Under the pieces are notes generated by a model that was not told the DNA's origin, ran no database searches, and saw only the letters and a program-made list of their open reading frames with translations. A DNA stretch of 63,596 nucleotides, counting the filler, from Folioceros fuciformis (Eukaryota), in the NCBI GenBank assembly GCA_049999805.1. It is 10 parts of 10 records of this genome, joined end to end, with 100 filler letters (N's around TTAATTAATTAA, not from the genome) between each part and the next. Parts side by side here need not be neighbours in the genome. Positions count along the whole stretch, not along the records: positions 32,418 to 45,608 come from JBNGIO010003930.1; positions 45,709 to 60,541 come from JBNGIO010003931.1; 8 more parts are not named here. One strand, written 5' to 3'. The position numbers were made by a program, and so were the translations under genes. Below are positions 36,525 through 47,799 of the stretch, piece after piece (within the stretch, counting starts at the first letter, position 1; each line of letters starts with the position of its first letter).

Positions 36525-38166
36525 ATGCTCAGATTCGCCTGCGGCATCAGCGGTCACAGATATGAGAGCAGCGCAAGGCTATGGCAGCTTCGGGGCCTCA
36601 CGTTCTCGGCAGGCAGAAGTGGGGAAGAGCATTCCAAGGACGTGCTCCACGGAGTGCATGTCTTCCATTGCACGGTAGTGCCCTTGCTGCTGGGCGGATC
36701 GTTGGGGCAGCGGTGACAGTTTCTGAAGCTGGGCGTCATGGGTTTGAATGACAGGACCAGCTCGGGATCGTGGCTAAAATCTCGGAGTGCATTGCCTCCC
36801 GAGGAGCGAACATGCTGAACGTGGACTTGCACATAGATTTCGATGCTGCGCAGAAGCCGGCCTTTTACTCTCGAAGGTAGCTCTGAATCTGTGCTGAATC
36901 TCTGTATCTTCAGCCTTGTTTTGTTTCCAAGTTTCTCTGTTGAATCCTCCCATAACTTCTCACCCCTTCATTCAGTGAGTTTGCATTCAACCCGTTGCAG
37001 TGGCCGAGGGCGGTCATGGATGAGGACTTCAGGAAGCTGCATGAGCACTTCAAAGCTGTGAAGTCCCTTGTGCACGTGCCTGGCAGTGATGCTAACATGA
37101 AGATGGCTGTCCTTGCATCGTGGCAGGTGATATTCCTGTCGCTCGGATGTCTGTCAGTTGAAGCAGCCACTCGATGACCAAAAGCTTGCCTTGCGCCGAC
37201 TAACTTCTTTGCAAACTTTGGCAGGACCATTGTTTGATTGATCTTTTACACAGATGGCAAGAAGGAGAGCTCCCAGTTGACATAAGCTGTATTATCAGGT
37301 ATATTCCGGAGTGTTTCTCAGGACAGTAGATTCTACTATTTTGCTAACCGTCTGAGAGTGTGTTGTTTCTGTGACTGCAGCAATCACAGCCGAGGACCCA
37401 ATACGCATGTCATGCGTTTTCTCGACAGGCATGGTATTCCCTACCATTACTTGCCAACCAGCCGGGACAAGAAACGAGAGAGTGACATTCTGGACATTGT
37501 TGCCAATACGGACTTTCTGGTGCTGGCTCGATACATGCAGGTGTGGGAGGCAGCTGGCTTTCATGTCTGCTTGGTAACGCCTTGGGATACTCACGCACAC
37601 AGGCCTCTGATGATGCTTGGTGCCGCAGGTATTGTCGCCTGAGTTCTTGGTCGGTTATGGCAAGGATATCATAAACATACATCATGGATTACTCCCATCT
37701 TTTAAAGGAGCCAATCCGTACAGACAGGTGATGGATGTCTGAAGTCGTCTACGTCGTATATTCACGATGGGCAAATGTCTGAACCTTAACCGTTTGAAGT
37801 ACCGACCTTGACAGGCTTACCGAGCAGGAGTGAAGCTGATTGGGGCAACCAGTCATTTCGTTACGCCGGAGCTGGATGCTGGGCCCATCATCGAACAAAT
37901 GGTAAAAATGCAACGAGCATCCTCTCAGTCGCCCAGTCCATTCCAGCCCAGGCCTTCCGATCATACAACGCACCGGACAATCCAACGTTTGACATCTGTG
38001 TGCCTATGACGCCTTTCAGGTCGACCGAATCTCTCATCGGGATAGCCTTCATGCCTTTGCGACAAAATCTGAGAACCTTGAAAAGCAGTGCCTAGCTAAA
38101 GCCATACGGTACTTTTGCGAACACCGCATATTTCGTTACAGTAGCAATAAAACCATCGTCTTCTGA
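36525..38166 (+). CDS. PURU: Formyltetrahydrofolate deformylase, organelle-targeted, multi-exon
   Basis: [96 protein letters not shown] and NKTIVF* motifs. Confidence 0.95.
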
Positions 38167-38353
38167 AAGTCACGCTTTCTCTTCCGCAACCGCGCGAAGG
38201 GTGGCGTGGTAACTAGCGAATCAAGGTCACGATTCACCAACGTGACAGCTGAACCATAAGACCTGTCCACGGTTCTATATTCGCCGCGTGCCTCCCCTCT
38301 CTCGTCATCTGCTGCTGGTGCAACGATTCATCAGCCAAACGCAGCTCTGCAGC

Positions 38354-39532
38354 ATGAGCTTCCATCTTATCCTGACGCTGATTTTTGCAGGTGCGTGCTC
38401 GTTCACCGTCCCATAGTGTGTCCTTTGACGATTGCAAGGAGTCTGAAAGATCGTCGTGAAAATGCAGGTGGGCTGAGTGGTCACCTTCAAAATGTGGACG
38501 CACGTTCGCACCCCGCTGCAGGCCCGGTGATAAGTCTCTCCTGCTCCTGGTGGTCTTCTTTTGCAGAGTTACACGATTTGCGCAACTCGAAATACTGATC
38601 GCTGTGAATCGCCAAACAGAAGCCTTTCGCGAGTGCAGCTGCTGCGCGCCGCCAGCTTCAATTCCGAGTCGGAGGTAAATTATAAATGTTCCAGTCTTTG
38701 GTTGACGAAGAATCGAGCGATTAGATCTCACCTGGCTTCAAATTGTTGGCAGTTTTCACAGTCAACAGCACACGATTCACCCCGATCCTCCAAACAAGCA
38801 TCGCCTGCCTCAACGACACTGTGTTGGTGAACAACAACGGTCGGGCGACAGTGAGCGCCATCCAAATTCGAGGGCCGGACAATAGCAACCGGGACGATCT
38901 CGTTCCGGTACGTGAACCAGTATGTGCATTTCATAGGAGGTTAGGATCCCAACCTTCTGCATCTCACAGTCGCTGAAACGGGACAGTTCGAAACCGGGCC
39001 CCGCACGCCTGAGGCCCAATCGAGGCAGTCGTTCGTCATCTTCCCCTTCGACGCACAGTTGATCCAAAACCGTAAGCACAATGAAGCGCGACTCTGGTAT
39101 CGTGCCTGCTGCAACTGCCCCTTGCCCATGCTTGTGAATCCGATGTACTCACACCTGCTCCTTATTGGGACAGTTCTGGAGCAGAACTTATTCTCGCAAG
39201 TGCAGAGGAGCGGCACGAGCAAGTGCTGGGACGATCAAGGAGGAGGAATTGGGCAGACTCTGGTGCAGCAGACTTGCCTGTCGGGGCCACTGGATCTGCT
39301 GAAACGCGGAACCCACCAGTTTTTTCGCATTGTTAAGGTGAAGGAGGCAAGCAATTGCCCCGCCGACAGCGGCGATAGCATTTTCCAGGTGCAGTCCGTT
39401 TCCAACATGTCCAACTGCCTGACAGCCAGACCCACAAGCTCTCTCCTGGATTTCCAGCCTTGTCGTCCCGCTGGCACCTTCACAGACCAGCTCTTCCTCC
39501 TCACCACCAAAACCATCTTGCCTTCACCTTGA
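38354..39532 (+). CDS. Candidate secreted ricin-B/beta-trefoil lectin-like protein; middle exon structure unresolved, possibly frameshifted
   Basis: TATA-like element at ~38276. Exon 1 MSFHLILTLIFA|gt looks like a signal peptide. The last exon (39174-39532) has two C...QxC...QxF repeats (SKCWDDQGG..LVQQTC..HQFF; SNCLTA..LDFQPC..DQLF). Confidence 0.55.
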
Positions 39533-40032
39533 CTGGAAAGTCTCGTTTAATCAGCTACCAGAAGTTTAGAGCGTATACACATAGATCTACCAAAGTGGAT
39601 GATTAGGCTATAACGATTTCATGGCATGTCGGAAGATCCCATGAGCCTCGCAAGGGTGTGGGACGTGTACGAATGTTGAAGCACATAACGGGCCGATCAA
39701 CGGAAGTTGTCACTGACGTCACGCAATCGCGCGTGGAGAACCGGGGCCCACCGCTCACCCTGGTATGTACATTTTGCGAGTGTCCATCCCGCGCGCCATA
39801 TCCATCCACCGCTCGCCCACCATGCTCTGCATCTGCCCTCCCATTCTCATGGAAGCGATGAACATGGAATGCGCTTCCGCGGCTGAGCACCCTTACAAGC
39901 CTAGTTGAGTTGGTCATCACACGGTCTGTAGGTTGATGGGCTCTTACAGCCTGACTCCAGGAGGTCACAGGTGAGTTCCTAGAGGATGTCATGCTCTAGA
40001 CTTCTCATGTATTTGGTCTCAAGTGGGGCCTT

Positions 40033-43000
40033 TTGGACTTTTTCAGGGTGCCGACTACTATCTCCCTGGATGCTTGCAAAGTACAGGCGCTATGCAGGGA
40101 GGGACGACTCGACAAGGCGTTGGATGCCCTGCTCCACATGGACCAATACAACAGTCCCCATGCGGTGCAACTGTACAAGAATTTCTTGCAGGCGTGTATG
40201 AAATGGAAGGCCCTCTCAGAAACCAAGCAGGTGTATGCACATTTGGTAAAGCATGGGCTAGGGTCAAATCGTTTGATGGATCTTGTGGTTACCACGCTGG
40301 TGAAGTGTGGAAGCCTGGCAGATGGGCTGCAAGTATTTAATAAACTGTCGCAAAGGACTGCTTTTTCTTGGACAGCCATCATGTCGGGGTATGTCGATGC
40401 TGGACAATTTCAGAAAGCTCTCTCTTGTTATGAGCAGATGCAATGGGAAGGTGTTCAGCCCGACAAATACACTGTAGTCAGCTTACTAAAAGCATGCAGT
40501 AAGTTAGAGGATCTCCAACAAGGGAAACGGGTTCATGCTACTGCTGTTAAATATGGGTTTGAGTCTGATGGTTTTGTCTGCACCACTTTAGTTAGTATGT
40601 ATGCGAAGTGTGGGAGCATGGTGGATGCGCATAATGTGTTCGTCAGGATGTCCTATCGAGATGTTGCCTCGTGGAATGCAATGCTGGGAGCCTATGCCAA
40701 GCAGGGACAGGGGGGGAAAGTTATGGAATTGTATCGTGAAATGCAAGACGAAGGGACCAGACCCAATGACTGGACCTTGGTCTCCGTACTCCAAGCTTGT
40801 GCTGGCCTTGTTGAAGAGGAGGTTAGTGGCCCTCAGGACGAGCAGTCAGTGAAGCTAGAAGCCCTGCGGTACGGCAGGGATATTCATGCCAAGGCTGCTC
40901 AGATGGGTTACGTATCAGATGTGTTTGTGGGCAGTGCATTGGTCAGTATGTATGCGAAGTGCGGAAGCCTTATTGACGCACTGCATGTCTTTAATGGACT
41001 AGCCCAGCGTGATGTAGTGTCGTGGAATGCTATGATCGCAGCACTTGCTCAGCAGGGGTTGGGGGAGAGGGCATTGGAGGTATACGAGCAAATGCAATTG
41101 GAAGGAATCAATCCAGATGCCCGTACCTTTGTCAGTGCTTTCCAAGCATGTGCGGGTGTTGCAGAGAAAGAAGAAAGGGCAACAGGTTATGGGGGAAATG
41201 CCAAAGTAAAATCTCTGCACAAGGGGAAAGTAGTACATCAGGAGGCTGCCAGGAGGGGTCTTGACTCCGATGTGTTTGTTGGCAATACTTTGGTCAGCAT
41301 GTACGCAAGGTGTGGAAGCCTCATGGATGCTCAGCAGGTGTTTGACAGATTGTCTCACCGAGACGTAGTCTCCTGGACTGTGTTGATTGCAGCATATGCC
41401 CAGGAAGAACAAGGAGAACATGGTCTTCAAATCTATGAGCAAATGCAAGAAGAGGGAATCAGGCCAGTTGCTCGTACTTTTGTCAGCACTCTCCAAGCAT
41501 GTGGTACCTTCGCAGAGCAGGAGTCGGCTGTATTTATTGATGGGCAAAATGTTAAAGTTGGGTCACTGCAAAGGGGGAAAAAAATACATGAAGAAGCTGT
41601 TGCAAGTAGTTTGGAATCAGACATCTTCGTGGGTAACACCTTGGTTAGTACATATGCTAAGTGTGGTAGCGTCGAGGATGCAAAACAAGTGTTTGAAGGA
41701 CTTCCTCATCGCAATGTAGTTTCATGGAATGCAATGATTGCTGCATATGGTCAGCAAGAGCAAGTAGAGGAAGCTTTACAGCTTTACGAACAAATGCTGC
41801 AGGAAGGTGTCTGTCCAGATAGTCGTACCTTTGCAAGCATTCTACAAGCTTGTGGTACTATGGCCGAAAAAGAGGATGCTTCATGCATGGAGGGGCCAAG
41901 TGTTAAATTGCAGTCACTCCTTACGGTAAAGAGAATACATCAGAAAGCTGCTGAAATGAGTTGTGGACTAGAAGGGTCCGTCGGTAATATCTTGGTTAGT
42001 ATCTACGCAAAGTGTGGAAGTACTGAAGATGCTTGGCATGTGTTCGATCAGCTGTCTCACCGGGACGTTGTGTCATGGAATGCAATAATCGCAGCATATG
42101 CTCAGCAGGATCAAGCAGATATGGCCTTGCAGATGTATGGACTAATGCAGCATGACGGGGTTCAGCCGGATGCTCGAACTTTCGTCAGCACCCTCCAAGC
42201 GTGTGGTATGCTTGCAGAAAAGGAGTTACATGCAGTTGTGGATAGTCAAAATGTCAAAGTAGAGTCACTTCGAAGAGTGAAGGATACACATGTTACAGCT
42301 TGTGTGGGAGGCTTTGAATCTGATGTGTTTGTTGGTAACACGTTAGTAAGTAGCTATGCAAAATGTGGGAGTGTTAAAGACGGCCGATGTGTCTTTGACC
42401 ACTTATCCCACCGTAATGTAGTGTCATGGACTTGCATGATCGGAGGATATGCTCAACAGGACCAAGGGGAGAATGCCTTGCAAATTTTTGCTGACATGCA
42501 AGCTGATGGTGTAAAACCAGATGAGACTACTTTTCTTTCCGTGCTAGAGGCATGCTGCTGCATAGGAGCCTTAGATGTCTGCAGGGAGATCCACCAAACC
42601 ATTGTGGACAGTGGATCAGACTGTAGCCTAGCCTTAGCCACCAGTCTTATTCATGCTTACGGCAAATGTGGGAGTATGGAGGACTCTCGGTTCGTGTTTA
42701 ACTCGTTGCATGAGCCTGATGTGGTGTCTTGGAGTGCACTTATTGCTGGGTATTCCCGACAGGGAGACTGTGCAATGACCGTTCGGTGTTACCAGGAAAT
42801 GTGTATGTCCGGTATGACGCCAAACAGTGTCACGTTTTTGGCAGTATTGTCTGCTTGCAGTTACGCAGGGATGGTGGACCTAGGTCTTTACTACTTCAAA
42901 AGCATGACCAAAGATCACAGCATAACTCCAGAAATGGAGCATTACGTCTGCATGATCGATCTAGTTGGCAGTGCAGGGCTTTTCCAGAAGGCTGAAGAAC

Positions 43001-43425
43001 TGCTCTTGGAAATGCCAATGCAACCTACTTTGCCTGTATGGTTGTGTTTACTCAGTGCTTGTCGGAAGCATTGCAATGTGGCATTGGGAAGATGGGCTTT
43101 TGATTGTGCTGTAAGTCTGGAACCAGAGAACAGTTCCCCTTACGTGCTAATGTGCAACATATACGCTGAGGTAGGCATGCCGCAGAACGCACAGGAGATA
43201 GATACGATGAGACAGAGCGCAGGTGCTTGGAAGAAACCTGGGCAAAGTTGGATTGAGCATGAGGAGGAGATGCACACATTCCTGGTGGATGACTGCAGAC
43301 ATGAGCAGCATGAAGCAATACGCAAATTGTTGCAAGAGCTAAGCTCACAGCTGAAACAGCAACTCGTTGTCTCCCTCGCTTTTGAGCAGCCTGCAGCACA
43401 GACGTGCCTTTTGGCAGCAGCGTGA
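40033..43425 (+). CDS. PLS-class PPR protein with LL motifs and E1-E2-E+ (PG box, no DYW); probable organellar RNA-editing factor. True start uncertain.
   Basis: 1130-aa uninterrupted ORF of repeating P/L/S motifs (YAKCGS..DA..VF, DVVSWNAMI). Five L motifs carry ~15-aa insertions. KKPGQSWIE is followed by a stop without HxE/CxxC. Confidence 0.95.
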   Translation: MDFFRVPTTISLDACKVQALCREGRLDKALDALLHMDQYNSPHAVQLYKNFLQACMKWKALSETKQVYAHLVKHGLGSNRLMDLVVTTLVKCGSLADGLQVFNKLSQRTAFSWTAIMSGYVDAGQFQKALSCYEQMQWEGVQPDKYTVVSLLKACSKLEDLQQGKRVHATAVKYGFESDGFVCTTLVSMYAKCGSMVDAHNVFVRMSYRDVASWNAMLGAYAKQGQGGKVMELYREMQDEGTRPNDWTLVSVLQACAGLVEEEVSGPQDEQSVKLEALRYGRDIHAKAAQMGYVSDVFVGSALVSMYAKCGSLIDALHVFNGLAQRDVVSWNAMIAALAQQGLGERALEVYEQMQLEGINPDARTFVSAFQACAGVAEKEERATGYGGNAKVKSLHKGKVVHQEAARRGLDSDVFVGNTLVSMYARCGSLMDAQQVFDRLSHRDVVSWTVLIAAYAQEEQGEHGLQIYEQMQEEGIRPVARTFVSTLQACGTFAEQESAVFIDGQNVKVGSLQRGKKIHEEAVASSLESDIFVGNTLVSTYAKCGSVEDAKQVFEGLPHRNVVSWNAMIAAYGQQEQVEEALQLYEQMLQEGVCPDSRTFASILQACGTMAEKEDASCMEGPSVKLQSLLTVKRIHQKAAEMSCGLEGSVGNILVSIYAKCGSTEDAWHVFDQLSHRDVVSWNAIIAAYAQQDQADMALQMYGLMQHDGVQPDARTFVSTLQACGMLAEKELHAVVDSQNVKVESLRRVKDTHVTACVGGFESDVFVGNTLVSSYAKCGSVKDGRCVFDHLSHRNVVSWTCMIGGYAQQDQGENALQIFADMQADGVKPDETTFLSVLEACCCIGALDVCREIHQTIVDSGSDCSLALATSLIHAYGKCGSMEDSRFVFNSLHEPDVVSWSALIAGYSRQGDCAMTVRCYQEMCMSGMTPNSVTFLAVLSACSYAGMVDLGLYYFKSMTKDHSITPEMEHYVCMIDLVGSAGLFQKAEELLLEMPMQPTLPVWLCLLSACRKHCNVALGRWAFDCAVSLEPENSSPYVLMCNIYAEVGMPQNAQEIDTMRQSAGAWKKPGQSWIEHEEEMHTFLVDDCRHEQHEAIRKLLQELSSQLKQQLVVSLAFEQPAAQTCLLAAA

Positions 43426-44243
43426 GGTAGCGTGCTCTGAAAATGTGAAAGTAAGCTTCAGAAGCAGAATCCGATCCTGCTGGCAGCCTCTTTGTACCAT
43501 TGGAACTGCAATGTACGGATTTTTGAAACCCTCGACGGGCTGACCCACCTTAATCCCAGCTAACTAAACAGTATCATCGTACCGTACTCAGGACGGCAAG
43601 GAAGTGGCCATATCGATAGGTCGTTCAACTTCGAGCCAGATGGCGGCAGGCGTTTGTCGGCAAACGACTCTGTTTTCTTGCGTGTGCACTGGGTCACTAT
43701 CCTCGGCTCCATCCATTAGCTTGGCAACGACGCTGGGCACGTCACTAAGAGGTAAGCAGGAAGCTGAGAAAATCCATACATCGCGGCAACAGGTCAACAT
43801 ATATCATCATCAGTCTCAGATTGTACTCGGCATGCACAGCGGAGCGGAGGCTGCTTGCTTTGGATGCGTAAGGAAATGTCATCATAGAGCGTCTTTAACA
43901 CGTTAAGCGTGCCACCCTTATGTGGGTTGGAATATCGTGATACACGCGAGGGACAGGTAGGTGGCCTAGTCATAGGCACGCCCAAATATGGCGTTGATAT
44001 CTGTTACTGATAATACAAATAACACAAATTAGTATATTTTAATTATACGCTTTAATTTAAGCGGGTTGGATAACCTACAACGTTTCCTTTAAAATATATA
44101 GCTTGATGTAATATCTGATCACCTAACATAGGTATCTATAAAGATCAAAACTTCACATCACTTTGAGGAACAAAGCAGCTTCTTACATGCTCCATTAGTT
44201 TTTAAAATGAACATTTAATCTAGGACGATCATACTTCCTAATC

Positions 44244-44801
44244 ATGAATTTAACAAAGCTGATCAATATACATACTATTTTATTATGTTTCATAAGATTA
44301 ATTACAGCTATACCTAATGCTACTCCAGAGGGAGCCGATTGTGGAGGTTCACATGTTGTTCGTCCAACAAGCACATACTTGTCTTTAATACCTGTAGTGA
44401 ATCTAAAATTGGCACGTGAATTAAAATTTAGTTGGCCAAATCTAGTACAAGAATCCTATGAGGGGACAGAAGAAGATGGAGGTCCTTGGCAAGCCAGTGT
44501 TATCAGGGTAACTGGAGATTTGACAGGTTCTGTTACAATTGACAATGACTCATGTTCCCTCATGAGCATTTATTATAGAGGTGGTTGTCGTGCAACAACA
44601 ACATCATTATCAGCACAGGATTGTTTTGAATGCATTGTTATACTTAGTGATTATGCCATAAAGAGATGTTTTTATTCAAAAACAGCCAATGTTTATTCAT
44701 TTGATTGTTTTCTTGGATACTCGGATACACCATATAGATCTCGAGAATTCCCGCCATGGCCCTTTCACCCATTTCCTTTCGATGCACCCGCTCGGTTGTA
44801 G
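44244..44801 (+). CDS. Secreted single-domain Gnk2/DUF26 (stress-antifungal)-like cysteine-rich protein, atypical
   Basis: Hydrophobic signal peptide, N-terminal Cys, and C-X11-C-X2-C..C..C-FLGYS pattern resembling DUF26. Intronless, with TATA (TCTATAAA) about 100 bp upstream. Confidence 0.72.
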   Translation: MNLTKLINIHTILLCFIRLITAIPNATPEGADCGGSHVVRPTSTYLSLIPVVNLKLARELKFSWPNLVQESYEGTEEDGGPWQASVIRVTGDLTGSVTIDNDSCSLMSIYYRGGCRATTTSLSAQDCFECIVILSDYAIKRCFYSKTANVYSFDCFLGYSDTPYRSREFPPWPFHPFPFDAPARL

Positions 44802-45204
44802 ATAGAAATTAGTTAGTTGAATCCTTACATCCAAACTTGTCATTAATGTTCTGGTTTTGTATATACATGTAAACACATCCTAAATGTATATTGCAATGCA
44901 TATATATAGGTGAAGGAGATGTAGTTGAGGCAATTGTTGCGATCTCCATCAATGTAATACTAGAACTAATTAAATTGCTTATATGATTTTAATTCAAAAC
45001 TATTACTATTTTCAATAAAGAGTTTCCATTTGCTCTATAGTGAGTACTAGGTAACACCATATATAATTTCCATTTGCTCTATAGTGAGGTTGGCTAACAC
45101 CATATATATAAGACGATAACATTGGCTATAAAAATGGTGTTAGTAACTCTAATGGTAAGTAGACTCTTCCTCCTTTCGTAACATTTTAGCTACTATAGAT
45201 AATT

Positions 45205-45608
45205 ATTAAGTTTCAAGGAATTAGGTGCTATTGGTAGTTGTTAGGCTTCAAGGAATTAGGCGTTGTTGGTAGTTGTTAAGCTTCAAGGAATTAGGCGTTG
45301 TTGGTAGTTGTTAGGCTTCAAGGGGTTAGGTGCTATTGGTAGTTGTTGGGCGCTATTGGTAGTTGTTGGGCTTTAATGGGTTAGGTGCTATTGGTATTCA
45401 TTAAGCATTAAGGGTTAGCCACGACATTGGCAAGAGACGTGGTATTAATAATTCCAGTGATAGTAGACGCTTTTTCGTTTTTTGGACCATGATATTATTG
45501 GTAGTCATTAGACTTTTGGGTTAGGTGCTATTGATAGTCATTAAGCTTAGTCATTAAGCTTCAGGAGGTTAGGTCCTATTGATAGTCAGTAGGCTTTAGA
45601 AGGGTAGG
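45205..45608. repeat. ~35-bp degenerate tandem repeat
   Basis: Unit TTAGGCTTCAAGGAATTAGGCGTTGTTGGTAGTTG with decaying copies up to the gap. Confidence 0.8.
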
Positions 45609-46039
45609 NNNNNNNNNNNNNNNNNNNNNNNNNNNNNNNNNNNNNNNNNNNNTTAATTAATTAANNNNNNNNNNNNNNNNNNNNNNNNNNNNNNNNNNNN
45701 NNNNNNNNATAGTGTAGTTTGTTACACTTGCTTTAACACTTTTCAAGAGTGCTACAAACTGTAACAAAGCGTTACAAGTTGCAAGTTCGGGTATGAACAC
45801 TTTGTAACACTTTCCAAACTGTAACAAAGGGTTACATAAAGTGTGACAAAACTTGTAACAAATAGTGTAACAAAAACTGGTAACAAACAGTGTGACCAAA
45901 ACTTGTAACAAATAGGGTGAAAAAACCTTGTAACAAATAGTGGAACAAGTTGAAACTTGCTATGCAATATCTCACTAAGTTGCCAACCTAACCATCTGCC
46001 AACCTAACCATCTTGGTGGCTTGCTCAAATTTTGAATCG

Positions 46040-46532
46040 GTACACATAGTAGTCAAGTATTAGATTTGGCTTGCATTGAGACATAGGATAATGAAAAGCA
46101 ACAAATGGGGGATAGGGTTTTTTACGTTGTTTAGGGTGCATATTGTTTGAACACATCCCTTATTTAAGGTTTCATGGTTGGTTCATGCTTTACGTCATGG
46201 TACCATGGCGATTTTTTCATGGTTCGTTCATGTTTACATCATGATACCATGGCAATTTTTCATGGTTCGTTCAAGCTTTACGTCATGGTACCATGGCGAT
46301 TTTTTCATGGTTAGTTCGTGTTTTACATCATGATACCATGGTGGTTTCGAGACACTAGGCCGTAGGCCCTTGTCAAGAGATCCACACAAACTCAAAGATT
46401 TTGTTGATATGCTTGGCCTGTGACCTCTTAGGCAAAATTCTACGAAATAAGTGATAAGGAAACAATGTACTTCAACTAATTGTTGGATGCTCATACTATC
46501 TAGAATAACCTTCCCTTGGAGAAGCTCAACAA
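46040..46532 (-). pseudogene. Degenerate duplicate of CDKC segment ~49840-50201 (exons plus introns) with a ~44-bp unit amplified four times
   Basis: Direct colinear similarity including intron sequence. PWYHDVK repeats recur in the ORF translation. Confidence 0.88.
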
Positions 46533-47799
46533 CCATGGCGTGGAGCGCAGCACCCTAAAACTCCAAGGTACCTTGATGAGTGGCCACACCCACTATCGTT
46601 GTAGGTTTCCCTGGTCCATCCCAGTGAGCGAGTTGCAGCTTGCGGTGTCAGAAACTAACCAGTACCATCCCATCGGTGAGAAGTTTGAAGAGAAGAGTAA
46701 AGCTGATGAGATGACAATTTCCTCAAGATGGAGGATTGAGGCTTAAAAAAAAATCAGCACAATAAGAGCTCAGCAGCTAAGTTCAGAAACTCCACACTAA
46801 GCTCTTTGTGAACACTTGAAATCCACATTGAGATATAATATATAGACCTTTATTTTTAAAGTATTTATAAAAAAAATACTCATTTATGTGTAACAATATT
46901 ATTAAAAGAGTTATTGTAGTATTTAGGGTATTATAATAAATTTATAAAATATATTCTTTTGATAGTTTAGTGTGTAATGAATGTTATTATAATTTAAAAT
47001 ATTTCAAATATATGGTAGGTATAGATTATGATACCATTAAAATATTTAAATACTGAGTGGATATTGTTTGATATTAGTAAATAATACTATATTATCCAGT
47101 AAATGTGAATGTTGATTAGTCTAAAATATAATAAGCTTTGATGCAATTGGGTTTGGATTGTTTAGTATTTTAAAAATCTTTAATAATATTTTAAAACCCT
47201 TTAATACTACTTACACGGTTAGGCGTAGAGTTAATTGAGATGAGGCATATGCAAATGTGCAAAGATCATTTGTTACACTTTTGTAACAAAGCATATTGCA
47301 TGATGTGGGCACTTGGATATACGTGTGGTGTGATAGGACGAGCTTGAGTTAAATACAAGGAACCCTTGTGTTGTGTACAATTTGGACCTTCTAAAATTTG
47401 CACGACCTTGGTTTAGAAGAGTATGTGCAAGACTTTTGGGCAAGGTGAATGTGTTATTGTGTATAAGATTGATGGACAAAAGCGCAATAAACAAAAAAGA
47501 ATTCTATTTAAATTTAGTGAAGGTGCATTGTTAGTGATGTCCTTTTAAAGGTTTAAGTAACTTAATGCTTCATGTTCATGGAAAGCATAGGGATTCATTT
47601 TACATGGGTCTATGAGCACAAAATACCATTTCCTCTAATTATTTGTACAAATGAAAGGGCTATAAATAAGAGATATTCCTAATGGTTGCCAAACTAGGCA
47701 AAGTTGACTGAGCTAGAGCTACCTACTCATAGACTACTAGTACCAAAGTATTCTTCTTCACATTGCCATCTAAGACCCTACTACAACATAGCGTGCTTA

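Noticed and set aside
38234..39516. Minus-strand ORFs between PURU and the PPR gene
   Set aside because: No motifs. Splice signals, TATA and the Cys/QxF pattern favour a plus-strand gene.
43426..43560. Remnant DYW deaminase after the PPR stop codon
   Set aside because: No HxE or CxxC motifs recognisable in the downstream frames.
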